A DNA stretch of 64,000 bases from an uncultured virus (IMG/VR IMGVR_UViG_2061766007_000740) (IMGVR_UViG_2061766007_000740), one strand, 5' to 3'; positions 52,602-62,565 are shown, counted from the stretch's first letter. A program made the numbers and translations. The notes: generated by a model not told the origin, from the sequence alone.

Positions 52602-52931
52602 TTATAAACGAATGGTCTGGTTATGTACAATGTCAATCTTGACCTTTCGTTCTTCTTTTTCTGCGTCTCGGATGAAGGCTTCGATTGGCCTATGGCGCAC
52701 ACCTGCGTCATAATACCACCCGCGCCAACGATACAATGCTTCGTTGATCGTCCGCTCGTCTGCCTTGAACTTCGACATTGCCTTGAACTTCAAGAGCCAT
52801 ATCTCTGTACCTCGTTCGTAGTTCTCGCGTAGGATGTAATTGCGTATGCGTTCACATCTGCGATACCTTGACTTCGATACGCGATAGACCTTTCGTCCGT
52901 TCTGCAATATCAAGTACTCGGCATTGAGCAT
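52602..52931 (-). CDS. Basic hypothetical protein
   Basis: ORF track; follows cro-like gene. Confidence 0.6.
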   Translation of the reverse strand: MLNAEYLILQNGRKVYRVSKSRYRRCERIRNYILRENYERGTEIWLLKFKAMSKFKADERTINEALYRWRGWYYDAGVRHRPIEAFIRDAEKEERKVKIDIVHNQTIRL

Positions 52932-52932
52932 A

Positions 52933-53139
52933 CTAACGAATGCGTGTTACTCTCGTACCGTCCACACCTTTGATGGTTATCTCGAACCGCATATCGGTAG
53001 ATTTCTCCAGCCGCTTAACGGTCGGATAGAGCGTTGTGTAACGACATTGCGAGTCTTTGAACACATGGGACTGGCCAACCTCGAACCCTAAAAGTGTCTG
53101 CCGAGGTGAAATTTTTCGGATTAAATTTGGAGATGTCAT
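52933..53139 (-). CDS. Cro-like/early DNA-binding protein
   Basis: First gene of leftward operon, divergent from repressor; TLLGFEVGQS...TRVTRIR. Confidence 0.6.
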   Translation of the reverse strand: MTSPNLIRKISPRQTLLGFEVGQSHVFKDSQCRYTTLYPTVKRLEKSTDMRFEITIKGVDGTRVTRIR

Positions 53140-53330
53140 AAATTTTTCGTATCTTTGCACAATTTTTACAAAATTGACAATGATTAAGACGCTCTTTATT
53201 ACAGGTCTAAATCAAAATCGGGTGCAAAGATAGTATAAATTTATGATATATGCAAATTTTTGAGTATAAATTTGTGATATTTTTTCATTTTTTATGATAT
53301 TTAACCCTTTAATAGTACAAAATTATGACA
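53134..53330. promoter_or_regulatory. Lysis/lysogeny switch: two face-to-face promoters and operator repeats
   Basis: TATCTTTG (+) 53150-53157; TATCTTTG (-) 53232-53225; AGTATAAATTTRTGATAT at 53232 and 53263. Confidence 0.7.
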
Positions 53331-53663
53331 AACGAGACTGATTTCCGCAAACGAGTACAATTTGTGCTCGCTGCAAAGAACCTCAATCCGAGGTCGTTGA
53401 GTAATGGGGATGATAATCTCTGGAAGAAATTGTACAACCAAATCACGAAGGAGAAGACTATCACGTACTCACTAATTGAGGCATTACTCAATCATGTTCC
53501 CGATCTACGTACAGAGTGGTTGTTCCGTGGAGTGGGTGAACCATTCCGAACGGGAGAGTCCATTGAGGAACAACTTTCCGCTATCCAAGAACGCCTTTCC
53601 GCTCTGGAGGGCGAGAGAAAAAACGACATATCCGAGGATTATCCCGCTGCCGCGTCTGCATAG
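53325..53663 (+). CDS. CI-like XRE repressor, no peptidase domain
   Basis: Lone + gene divergent from lytic operon; LRTEWLFRGVGEP motif. Confidence 0.7.
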   Translation: MTNETDFRKRVQFVLAAKNLNPRSLSNGDDNLWKKLYNQITKEKTITYSLIEALLNHVPDLRTEWLFRGVGEPFRTGESIEEQLSAIQERLSALEGERKNDISEDYPAAASA

Positions 53664-53669
53664 TCGGTA

Positions 53670-53936
53670 CTAAAGCGTGTCACAGAAGCCGTAGAAGTCC
53701 GTCACAACGAAGTCTTCGATACCTTCTTCACACAGGCTCAACAGGTCATTCAGACCGCTTGTGTAATAGAAGATGAGGTTTTCTTTGTCGTCCAACTCGT
53801 CCAATAACTTGATGGTTACGTCCATACCGTTGTCCTCGTTCTTGAACTGTACACGGCAGTCCGCATAAACGGGTTCACATCCGTTGGCTTGGACGTACTC
53901 ATTCCACTTCTCTTTGATATTCTCTTTGATAGCCAT
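53670..53936 (-). CDS. Acidic hypothetical protein
   Basis: ORF track; IFYYTSGLNDLLSLC motif. Confidence 0.6.
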   Translation of the reverse strand: MAIKENIKEKWNEYVQANGCEPVYADCRVQFKNEDNGMDVTIKLLDELDDKENLIFYYTSGLNDLLSLCEEGIEDFVVTDFYGFCDTL

Positions 53937-53938
53937 AA

Positions 53939-54517
53939 TTAGCCCTCCACTTCCATTGCGTTAATATAAAGGAACTCATCATCGTCCCCGTTCTCGTTCA
54001 GTCCTGCAGCAAAAGCCTGACAGTCCTCGATGCTGTTCACGTTGGTCTGGTAGTGTTTCTCCACGAACTCGCATACCTCGTCCTCGGTCATAAACGGATA
54101 GTCCGGCTGCTCCGGTCCGGCATCCACGTAGTACTTGCCTTCGTACTCGTCATCGTTGGAGCAGTACACTCCACACCCCGGCTCAATAGCCACATAGAGT
54201 ATGTGCAAATCTTCAATCTGCGACTCAATGAACTCTCGCCATTGATTAGGTTCTCCCCATGCTGTCTCGCAATAGATAGTACACTCGGCATAATCCTCGA
54301 AGTCGTCTCTCAGATACGGCTCATCCTGCATCCATCCACGTGCATAGGCAGTCTCAGGACCATTGAGATAGTCCACAAAACTACCAAGCCAACCTGTGTC
54401 GGCTAGAGGATGTTTTTCGTTACGTTCTTTCCACGACCGCATAGCGAGGTCATAGAACTTCTTTACACTTTCTTTCGGACCTACTGCTTTGTAGGTTGTA
54501 TCACACCAGTTTGGCAT
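53939..54517 (-). CDS. Acidic protein, DUF1281/YubB ferredoxin-like
   Basis: MPNWC start, ETAWGEP, EPGCG. Confidence 0.6.
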   Translation of the reverse strand: MPNWCDTTYKAVGPKESVKKFYDLAMRSWKERNEKHPLADTGWLGSFVDYLNGPETAYARGWMQDEPYLRDDFEDYAECTIYCETAWGEPNQWREFIESQIEDLHILYVAIEPGCGVYCSNDDEYEGKYYVDAGPEQPDYPFMTEDEVCEFVEKHYQTNVNSIEDCQAFAAGLNENGDDDEFLYINAMEVEG

Positions 54518-54521
54518 AGTT

Positions 54522-54959
54522 TTAATCAATTTTGAAGTTGAACGATGTTATCTCTTTCGTCTCGTAAGAGGTGCGCAAGTCGAGCTGTTTGTTCTTGCAA
54601 GATACCGTGCAGTACTTGCCATTCCATCCGTGCCAATATTCATAGAAGAAATAGCCAGCCTTCACCATGCTCTTAATGGCTTCATTCACCTCACATGAAC
54701 GCAAGCGGTAACGCTCTTTGACCTCTTGGTGCCTGGGATATGTTTCCCAATGTAAGCAGGCTGTTTCATCTCCGCTACGATTGATGCACTTGGAAACATA
54801 GAGTTCGTTATTGCAGTACCCTAATTCCAATGTGTTATAGTTGTAGTTCTTGGCTCTGACTCCTTTGAGACTTTCAAGGAATGCGTCCACAATCAGTTGA
54901 ACTACCTCTTCCCGACACTCTGTCGGTACTTTGTACGTGTTTACAGGAATGTTTACCAT
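54522..54959 (-). CDS. Hypothetical early protein
   Basis: ORF track. Confidence 0.6.
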   Translation of the reverse strand: MVNIPVNTYKVPTECREEVVQLIVDAFLESLKGVRAKNYNYNTLELGYCNNELYVSKCINRSGDETACLHWETYPRHQEVKERYRLRSCEVNEAIKSMVKAGYFFYEYWHGWNGKYCTVSCKNKQLDLRTSYETKEITSFNFKID

Positions 54960-54973
54960 AGTTGTAATCGTTT

Positions 54974-55444
54974 TTAAGCAATGAATGATTCGTTGTATAT
55001 GCTATCAATCACATTACCTCTGCTAATAATGAGGCTCTTGATAGTCTGCCACTCGGACAGGAACTTTTCGAGTTTGTCGTTGCGGAATCCATAGGTGTCT
55101 GCGAACAGATAAGGAGTAGATTGCATACTGCCTTGCGAGTAGTACGCGGTTCCTAACTCTGACAGATACCATTCGTAACCTGCACTATGACTACCATAAG
55201 CGAGTATTGCTATGCCGTTCTCTACAATCAAGTCCAACTTGAAGTACGGGTCATGGCTTGTGTGAAATGTCTCGCTCATTTTTGGATAGTGTTCCTTTAC
55301 CCACTTGGCACACTTAAAGAAGTTCTCCAACAGCGCATGGTTGGTGCTGTTGATTATGTTACGTTGATAGTCGTAACGATAGACCGGCTCGCCTGTTCTA
55401 AAATGCGAACCCATCTCATTGATGTCTTTATTTATATAGTTCAT
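54974..55444 (-). CDS. Hypothetical early protein
   Basis: ORF track. Confidence 0.6.
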   Translation of the reverse strand: MNYINKDINEMGSHFRTGEPVYRYDYQRNIINSTNHALLENFFKCAKWVKEHYPKMSETFHTSHDPYFKLDLIVENGIAILAYGSHSAGYEWYLSELGTAYYSQGSMQSTPYLFADTYGFRNDKLEKFLSEWQTIKSLIISRGNVIDSIYNESFIA

Positions 55445-55482
55445 GTTAGTTAGTAATTAGTTAGTTAATACCTTTTGGTATA

Positions 55483-55755
55483 TTACAATTCGATTTCTTG
55501 TTCAACAATAGACCATCTGTCGTGGCATTCGCAGAAGCGACCTTCTAACTGAACGCAGGCATAGTCTTTGGACTTTTCGTACTCGACACACTCACGGCAA
55601 TGGTTTTCAATCATGTCTTTCTTGGTCCCACGATAGGCTTCGTTCATAACCTTGCGTGCATCCGCTTTCGTCCGGAATGTCTGTATGCTAATATCCGAAC
55701 CGTCGTACATCGTTACCCAATCATAGACGAGTACATAAATCTTACGCTTTTTCAT
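55483..55755 (-). CDS. Hypothetical early protein
   Basis: ORF track. Confidence 0.6.
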   Translation of the reverse strand: MKKRKIYVLVYDWVTMYDGSDISIQTFRTKADARKVMNEAYRGTKKDMIENHCRECVEYEKSKDYACVQLEGRFCECHDRWSIVEQEIEL

Positions 55756-55982
55756 AACTTACCTCCATATTGTTAGTGTTAATAAACCTATTGCGGCATC
55801 CTCCAGTTCTTGCGAGCCGCATAACGGATAATGCTCCTGGCTGTCATTCGGGACGCCGAGAGCTGCACATAATTGCTTCGTCATAACTCAATACCAATTA
55901 CTCAAAGAGTCGTTGTTACACATAAACTGATACGACAGTCGCTCGTTCATATTCAGAGCGTCAGTCACAATTCGCACCTCAC

Positions 55983-56453
55983 TCATGGCTCGTCCTCCTC
56001 TAATAGTGGCACTTCCCAATAACTACATGCCCCGTCAACGGCATACCAATAATCGACACCTTCTCTGATGAGGTCGTCCATTTTGCTCGCTATACTCTGC
56101 ATGTCGTCGTCCGACAGATTGGACGGATCGTAACCACGTTCTTTCACATCCTCCCTCGATACGCAACATACCTCGAAGTAGTTGCTCATTACCGGCACCT
56201 CATGGATGTCAATATCCAGCGACTCGCCGCAGGACGTGTCTTCTGCGTGGAAACTGCCACCGATGGAGAACTCTTCCTTGTAGAAGTCCTTGCCGTCCAC
56301 ACAGTCCCTCGTCCAATGGTTCGACTTGACCTCGTTCACGTGTTCACGGATGTATTCTTCTGCCTTTTGGTGGTTGTCGAACACTCCACCAAGCGGATAG
56401 GCTTGTGTGTTTTCTTCATCGTACACACTCACGATAATGATATACTTTTTCAT
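55983..56453 (-). CDS. Acidic hypothetical early protein
   Basis: VSREDVKERGYD...DDDMQSIASKM motif. Confidence 0.6.
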   Translation of the reverse strand: MKKYIIIVSVYDEENTQAYPLGGVFDNHQKAEEYIREHVNEVKSNHWTRDCVDGKDFYKEEFSIGGSFHAEDTSCGESLDIDIHEVPVMSNYFEVCCVSREDVKERGYDPSNLSDDDMQSIASKMDDLIREGVDYWYAVDGACSYWEVPLLEEDEP

Positions 56454-56455
56454 AC

Positions 56456-56698
56456 TTATTCCTCCTCGAATATGGCATCTTCGCCTTGTTTGACATAATA
56501 GTCCGATAGGTCGAACGGACTGATAAAACGCAATGGGCATGACTCCGCGTATATCTGCGGCAACATCCCGATCGGATAGACCGTGTAACCCATCTCTTGT
56601 GATTCGCGCACTTCTTGCAGGTTCTTGCACACATACATCTTGTGGCAACCCTCATAGGCAAAGTGCTCGCCTATTACTTTCTTTCCGTTGATTAACAT
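56456..56698 (-). CDS. Hypothetical early protein
   Basis: FAYEGCHKMY...SCPLRFIS. Confidence 0.6.
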   Translation of the reverse strand: MLINGKKVIGEHFAYEGCHKMYVCKNLQEVRESQEMGYTVYPIGMLPQIYAESCPLRFISPFDLSDYYVKQGEDAIFEEE

Positions 56699-56748
56699 AA
56701 TCGTTATTGTTTTGGGGTTATTTGGTTATAACGGTCACTTTTCTGGTC

Positions 56749-56802
56749 GAAGCGCTTCGATTGGTCAGTTGATGCGCTTGCGTTGGTCAGTCGATGCGCT
56801 TC
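56749..56802 (-). repeat. 3 x (G)AAGCGCWTC, 22-bp period
   Basis: Plus-strand starts 56749, 56771, 56793; same motif as 12397 array. Confidence 0.85.
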
Positions 56803-56825
56803 GATGCCGAAATCGACCGTGGACG

Positions 56826-57341
56826 TTATGCCTGATACAGTCGTCCGTCCTCGGTGAACTCAAAGTCCTGTCCATCGATCCATTCCTCGACATTATCGTC
56901 CTCGAAATAGCACATGCAGTCATCGTTGATCTTCTCGCAGAACTTGACAATCATCCAAGCCACGTTCTGCTCATAGCACCGGCGTTCGCAGTACGGATAG
57001 TTCTTCACGATGTCGAGCATTATCCGGTCACACCACAGCATCTCCTTGAACTGCTTGATATAGACCTTGCGGAACTCCTCGAACTCGTCCTTGTCGGAAA
57101 GGTCGTAACGCACATCTCCTCTGCGGAAAGCGTTGTTCACGTAGAAGCCCTGCGAACTCTCGTTGATGTCGCAGCGCACACAAGCCGTTTCCTCGACCGT
57201 CTTAATCGTTGCACGGGCATCCTCCCACGTCCATTCGGCGTTGGCACAGTAGCACCGTTCACGCAGCAACTTGACAGCCGTTTGTTTTGCCTCTTGGTTC
57301 AGTTCTCCGAACTCATAGAGCGTTGTTTCGATTGTTCTCAT
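56826..57341 (-). CDS. Conserved early phage/plasmid protein
   Basis: MRTIETTLYEFGELNQEAKQ...FEFTEDG family pattern. Confidence 0.65.
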   Translation of the reverse strand: MRTIETTLYEFGELNQEAKQTAVKLLRERCYCANAEWTWEDARATIKTVEETACVRCDINESSQGFYVNNAFRRGDVRYDLSDKDEFEEFRKVYIKQFKEMLWCDRIMLDIVKNYPYCERRCYEQNVAWMIVKFCEKINDDCMCYFEDDNVEEWIDGQDFEFTEDGRLYQA

Positions 57342-57500
57342 GATTACAATTCTTCTATGCTCCAGGTGTTGCCCAGATAGGTTATACCTCCGTGAGAGCC
57401 GCTATGCTCAATAGCCAATGCCACCTCACGCAATTCAGCCGCGATGTCACACTCATTCCAAGCGTCATCGTCTATGTTAATTACCACTTGCCGTGCCATA

Positions 57501-58232
57501 CTACATTGCAATATCGAAGTTAATACTCAGTTGGTCACGTTCGAGCATCCGTTTGTACTCTACTTTCTGCTCGTACTGTGCCCATTCTTCCTTAGCCTCG
57601 TCCGTTTGCGGTTCGAGATAAGATGTCGGATAGATGCCTTTCCAATCGGTCACTTCCATGTAGGCACTCTCATCCAAGTCGTGCAGGTCGTCAAAGCCGT
57701 TCTCACACATGACGATGTACGTCAGCAGATAGGACACATACAGACCAAAGCGGTCGCTGTCCTTGTCCCATCGTGCTATGCGGCGATACCAATCATGGTA
57801 GTCGTTATCCATCCACGACCAGAAACCGTCGCACGAAGTGTGATAGCGTGCGATCAGGTTTGTCAGATGCACCTCATGTGCTCGCATCAACGCAAGCAGT
57901 TTGTACCGCAATTCGTTGCCGGTATAAGTCAGGTCAGCCCATATCTTATCCGTCTCGAAATTGTAGTACGAAGGCGAAGTCATTGCCTCGTACTGCAGGT
58001 CGATGTTCAGACCCAACTCGCGCAACTTGTCACGCATAAACTCCGTGTATGCCTTGCACACATCCGTTTGGTAGGTACTGCTGATACCCCAATCGTCCAA
58101 GTGCTCCAGGTGCATACCAAATTCGAGGTTGTCGTCCATTTCCTTCAACTCCCAATACTCCGTATCGGAATTTCGCCACAGACTCTCGTAGAAACCACCG
58201 AATGACGGCAGTTGGATGTTAATTGTTTTCAT
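57501..58232 (-). CDS. Conserved acidic early phage protein
   Basis: PSFGGFYES, SPSYYNFETDKI motifs. Confidence 0.65.
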   Translation of the reverse strand: MKTINIQLPSFGGFYESLWRNSDTEYWELKEMDDNLEFGMHLEHLDDWGISSTYQTDVCKAYTEFMRDKLRELGLNIDLQYEAMTSPSYYNFETDKIWADLTYTGNELRYKLLALMRAHEVHLTNLIARYHTSCDGFWSWMDNDYHDWYRRIARWDKDSDRFGLYVSYLLTYIVMCENGFDDLHDLDESAYMEVTDWKGIYPTSYLEPQTDEAKEEWAQYEQKVEYKRMLERDQLSINFDIAM

Positions 58233-58233
58233 A

Positions 58234-58506
58234 CTATCTCTCCATTTGGAATTGATACTCTCCGTGACCCGAGAAGGCATTGTAGTCATACCATCCGGTC
58301 GCGATTACTTCACCCGTTTGCTCAAAGGTTGCCACCAATTGAGCACGACCGAACAAGAGCCATTTGTTGATAGCCTTGCGGTTCTTGTCAAGCAGCCGTT
58401 TGATACTGTCAGCGGTTGCCGATACTACGTTCCCTTTCAGGGTGAATACTGGCTCGCGGTTCTCATGCGCATAGCCGTTGTCCAATGAAATAGTTACTGC
58501 ATTCAT
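58234..58506 (-). CDS. Hypothetical early protein
   Basis: ORF track. Confidence 0.55.
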   Translation of the reverse strand: MNAVTISLDNGYAHENREPVFTLKGNVVSATADSIKRLLDKNRKAINKWLLFGRAQLVATFEQTGEVIATGWYDYNAFSGHGEYQFQMER

Positions 58507-58508
58507 AG

Positions 58509-58973
58509 TCAGTCCTCCATTTTTGATAGATATTCTTCCAGCGTTTCTTGCACACTCCAATCGAGTCCGAAGAGCCGCTGATATTGTTGATACGATTTCT
58601 TACACTCCTTGTACGCACTCATGGCATACTCGTAGTCGGTTATGTACACCCATCCGGAACTCTGACAGAACTCCACGAAGTCCCTGTTCGCATCCCACAT
58701 GGCTGCATCGGCGCAGAAGCATATAACTGCATCCACGAGATCGCGCGGTTCAAGTCGTTCTTTATCATCGGCTGCATCCTTGCGGCTACCCCAATAATTG
58801 AACGAGTGCGAGAGGTTCTTCAAGTGCTGGTCAATATGACTGCGCTCCAAGTTCATCCTCACGCGGAAATGCGGATGGAAATACTGCTCGTTCTCCCATG
58901 CCGGTCGGTCGAAGCCTACGAAATAGGAAGAGAGGCACAATACCTCTCCTCCCGATAGTTGTATACGTATCAT
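58509..58973 (-). CDS. Hypothetical early protein
   Basis: ORF track; ATGA overlap. Confidence 0.6.
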   Translation of the reverse strand: MIRIQLSGGEVLCLSSYFVGFDRPAWENEQYFHPHFRVRMNLERSHIDQHLKNLSHSFNYWGSRKDAADDKERLEPRDLVDAVICFCADAAMWDANRDFVEFCQSSGWVYITDYEYAMSAYKECKKSYQQYQRLFGLDWSVQETLEEYLSKMED

Positions 58974-59422
58974 GCTCGTGTCCCTTCCAACTGGTTAAAC
59001 ACATTCATCACTCCCATTATGCCCATCATCCGGTCGGCGTCCTCCTGCGTTTGCATAGGTGGAGTCTGAGCCAATACCTCCTTCTGTCGGTCAGTTAGTC
59101 CGGCATGCAGTTGTTTGAACGCAGCGATTTGTTTTTCGCATTGCTCATGCACCTCCTGTTCTTTCTTGTGGATGAGGATGTCCGTAAGCGGTTGTTGCAG
59201 TCGTTTGGGACATTTCTCAATCGCTCTCCGTAGGACTGTTTCGTACTCAAAACTCTCCCACGTTCGGTTGTAGTAACTCACCTTGCTCGTTTTGTCGTGG
59301 GTGTAGTCGTAGCAGGTGTGACAAAACCCATTGCGGGTGTCTGTTGTGTGACAGCCAAAAGTGTAGTCCTTGCCGTCAATCGTGGCAGTAAACAGTTTCT
59401 GCCCATAGATACGTGTAGCCAT
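58970..59422 (-). CDS. Hypothetical early protein
   Basis: TRNGFCH...YYNRTWESFEYETVL. Confidence 0.6.
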   Translation of the reverse strand: MATRIYGQKLFTATIDGKDYTFGCHTTDTRNGFCHTCYDYTHDKTSKVSYYNRTWESFEYETVLRRAIEKCPKRLQQPLTDILIHKKEQEVHEQCEKQIAAFKQLHAGLTDRQKEVLAQTPPMQTQEDADRMMGIMGVMNVFNQLEGTRA

Positions 59423-59456
59423 AGTCGTAAGCAATTACCTATACATTGCGAGGTTT

Positions 59457-59804
59457 TTAGATAAAATACAATTCACCATTCACTTCGAGAGATACAGCCT
59501 CTTGCGCCATATCCTTCTTAATCTTCTCACAAACCAAGATAATATCCTCGTCATATCGTTCGAGTTGTTCATCGGTGCAGAACGCATACACGATCGTCAC
59601 TCGTTCTTTCACTAATTCGCCTGACTCGCTAACCCATCCACCGATAGCCGGTGCGCATGTTGCACCACCGAAGAAGCGACTCAGAGTGGTATGCACGTAG
59701 TCCACCATCGCGCTATTGTCAACTTGTTCGTTCACGTTGTTCGTGCTCGGAACGTAGATACTCACCTTACTCCGAAGTGGTATCATGTATTTCAACTTTT
59801 TCAT
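59457..59804 (-). CDS. Small alpha/beta protein (DUF3574-like)
   Basis: FGGAT...GGWVSESGELVKE...QEAV. Confidence 0.55.
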   Translation of the reverse strand: MKKLKYMIPLRSKVSIYVPSTNNVNEQVDNSAMVDYVHTTLSRFFGGATCAPAIGGWVSESGELVKERVTIVYAFCTDEQLERYDEDIILVCEKIKKDMAQEAVSLEVNGELYFI

Positions 59805-60019
59805 ATCTTTGTTCGTTTATACAGTTTACCATCCATGAATACTATTCCGTTACGGAAGTTAGTCGCGCACTCGTTCGTGCATAACGTCAGATCGCTCGGC
59901 ATGTCGTTCATCTGACGCATCGTCCGGACTGCTATTATCGCAGCCTTACAGTCGTTCGTGCATAGTTGGTGCACAAACTGAGTCGTTGGTGATACGACCC
60001 AAAAGATGATGCTTTTCAT
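59801..60019 (-). CDS. Hypothetical early protein
   Basis: ATGA overlap; internal LCTNDC/LCTNEC duplication. Confidence 0.5.
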   Translation of the reverse strand: MKSIIFWVVSPTTQFVHQLCTNDCKAAIIAVRTMRQMNDMPSDLTLCTNECATNFRNGIVFMDGKLYKRTKI

Positions 60020-60122
60020 CGTTCATCCCTTTCGCTTGTTCGCTATATACGCGAAGATTAAACACAATGCAGCGCACACAATTACAGCCGTAATCTGCGC
60101 ACCAAAATTGCACTTCGGGCAA

Positions 60123-60308
60123 TCAAAGCCAGTGCAACACATAACCGAGAGAAGCCCAAAAACTCCACTCAAAATATCTAAAAAATTCATAAATTCCTAC
60201 CTTTCTTTTGCAGGGTTTTTCTTTGGAAATAGTTATTGTTCTACATTCAAAAGTTAAACAGTCGTTCAACCTACTGCACAACAATATAAAAGATAATCGT
60301 TCATTCAA
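60123..60308 (-). CDS. Possible small protein
   Basis: ORF track only; overlaps repeat tract. Confidence 0.25.
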   Translation of the reverse strand: MNERLSFILLCSRLNDCLTFECRTITISKEKPCKRKVGIYEFFRYFEWSFWASLGYVLHWL

Positions 60309-60432
60309 CCGTTAAACATATACAGCCGTTCAACTATAACAGTCTGTTAAACAATTATTCAACTGCTTATTAAACGATATAATTATTCTACACAATACAC
60401 AGATAGTTAAACAGTACTGATTGTTAAACTAA
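60253..60432. repeat. Cluster of GTTAAAC motifs
   Basis: GTTAAAC at 60253, 60311, 60345, 60406, 60424. Confidence 0.75.
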
Positions 60433-60665
60433 ACAACTGAATAACATAAACTGTACAATACACCACCGAAAAAATGCGGTCGCCCCGTCCGAAAATCTCC
60501 GGTCGTTCAGATCGTTCGTTCGCCTGATGCACGGACGCGCCCAATCGTTCAGGCTCAATTCGTTCGTTCTGCTGCGTTCTTTTCGTTCGGGTGGTATAGT
60601 TTACCGGAAACAATGAGAAAACGCGCCAAAATGGAGAAAATCGGCACGCAACCGGCACACACAAC

Positions 60666-60695
60666 AAAAGCGGGCACACATTTTGCACCCGCTTT
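60666..60695 (-). terminator. Intrinsic terminator
   Basis: GCGGGTGCA-aaatg-TGTGCCCGC-TTTT on minus strand. Confidence 0.75.
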
Positions 60696-60716
60696 CGCTC
60701 TATTTGTCCGGCTCTT

Positions 60717-61544
60717 TTATTTGGTCGTTACTTGTTGGCTTGCTTTCGTTTTCGTGTTCGTTTTCTTGCGTACGTTCTCGCCCTTTGCCTTGCTCGCCTG
60801 CTCGGCTTGCTCGCCCTGCTCGGCGGCTTTCTTGCTTTCCGCCTTGCTTACTATCTCGGCGGCGGCGGCNNNNNNNNNNTCTGAACAAGAGGAAAATGGC
60901 AAAGATATACTTCAATAAGATCCAGCAGCGCGTGATNNNNNNNNNNTTGCCTCCGCTGCCTCCGCTGCAATTGCTTGCGTAACACCCAAAGCAAGGAACA
61001 AAGCCCCGATAAATTCGGCGGCGGGGTACACGTCACCGCGTTTGCAGATATATTCGCGGACGATCACAAGGTCGAACACGCGCGCCCCGCTTTTGTCCGT
61101 TTCGTAGATTTTACCCGCCGCGCCTAAATCCTGCTTAATACGCGGCACGCGCTTTTGACGTTCGCGGTAAAAATACACGGCGCGCCCCTTGCCGTCACCC
61201 ATATTTGCACCCAATTCGAGAGAAAGCGCACCACAATTGCGGAACGCGTCCGCGGTCGTGCCTTCTTCGAACGTTTGCGCCTTTTCTTTGTTGCTTGTGA
61301 AAGTAACACCACCGACGGCGGAAATAGAGCAGGCAGGCAGGAACGGAAGAACGGCAGCGCGCGCCCAATCTTTTTGCGCTTGCTTGCTTGCATCCGTAGC
61401 AGGAGCGGCGGCGGCTTCAAAATAAGGTACTAAAACGGGGTCGCGGTCAGTAGAGAGAACAACAACGGCGGCAGCGTTAAACGATTTGAAATTAGCCAAA
61501 GCGGCGATTTTTTGAGCCTTTGCGGCTTTTCTTAATTGTGACAT
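60717..61544 (-). CDS. Ala/Lys-rich first gene of the early arm, gapped
   Basis: MSQLRKAAKAQK... after AT-rich leader; frame resumes after gaps to ...QQVTTK*. Confidence 0.6.
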
Positions 61545-62557
61545 AGTTTTATAAATTAAAGTGTTTGTATTTAGTTTGCGCCGCCCTTTTTGGCGGTCGC
61601 GTTTTTGCGTTTCGTATAGGTACAAAGCGCCCCCAACAACGAAAAAAACCATTTTTCGCCGTGGAGCACCGCCCCACGTGGAGCGGAACACAGGACAACA
61701 AGCAGCGGCGGCAGGCTTTCGCGCCCTACCTAATCGGCAGAGCACCCACGCAGCGCGGCAGTGTGTTTGTAGTCCCTTTGTGCAGATCGCGCACCAAATC
61801 GGCAGGCAGACAAGCGGAACGGCAAACAAGCAGAGCAGCGGCGGCGGCTTGTGTCGGTCAGTGTTTCAATGTGCACCCCCTTTCGCCGTGGGTATTTCTC
61901 CCACCCTTGAAAAGTTATGCAAAGGTACTGCTTTTTTTTGACATATGCAAATTTTTTGGCATAAAAAAACGGCTGTTTTTGCGGCTTTCGCAAGCCTTAA
62001 AAACAGGAAGTCCGATATAGCGAAATATCGCAAATCAGACTTCGCTGTTTTAGGCTATCCATCCGATTTTGTCCTCATTTTCGTTAATACACCGATTATT
62101 GTGTTGTGTATATATAGATCGTGAATTTTTTCAAGTAGAAAATACGATTTTGGTCCTTATAAAGGCGTTTTTAGGTTATGGTATAGTTTTAGTAGTAGGA
62201 AAAGTGCAGTTTTTCTGGTAGTAAAGGTACAGTTTAAGTGTTGATATAGCGTATATGTGTGAATCAGTAGATATAAGTTAGATTTTTTCGGCAAAAAATT
62301 TGCCTTCGGCAAGTATATAAAGCGGACCACACCCGGCTTCCCAGTCGGATGTGGCTAATTATGTCACGTCTTAACAAAAAGCTGTTAAAGACGGTGCAAA
62401 GGTAGTAATAAATTTTTGGATGTGCAAGTTTTTCGTCAGATTTTTTGAATTTTGATGTTAAAAAGTGTGTATTTAGTAGGGTGAGCGGGTGATTTTAGTG
62501 TTTTTTGTGCATTTTGGAGGATGTTAGATAATTCTTGCGTGTATAGTTGATAAGCAG

Positions 62558-62565
62558 TACTTTTG
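62558..62565 (+). promoter_or_regulatory. -7 element of head-gene promoter
   Basis: TACTTTTG(CGGC) ~40 bp before scaffold ATG. Confidence 0.6.
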
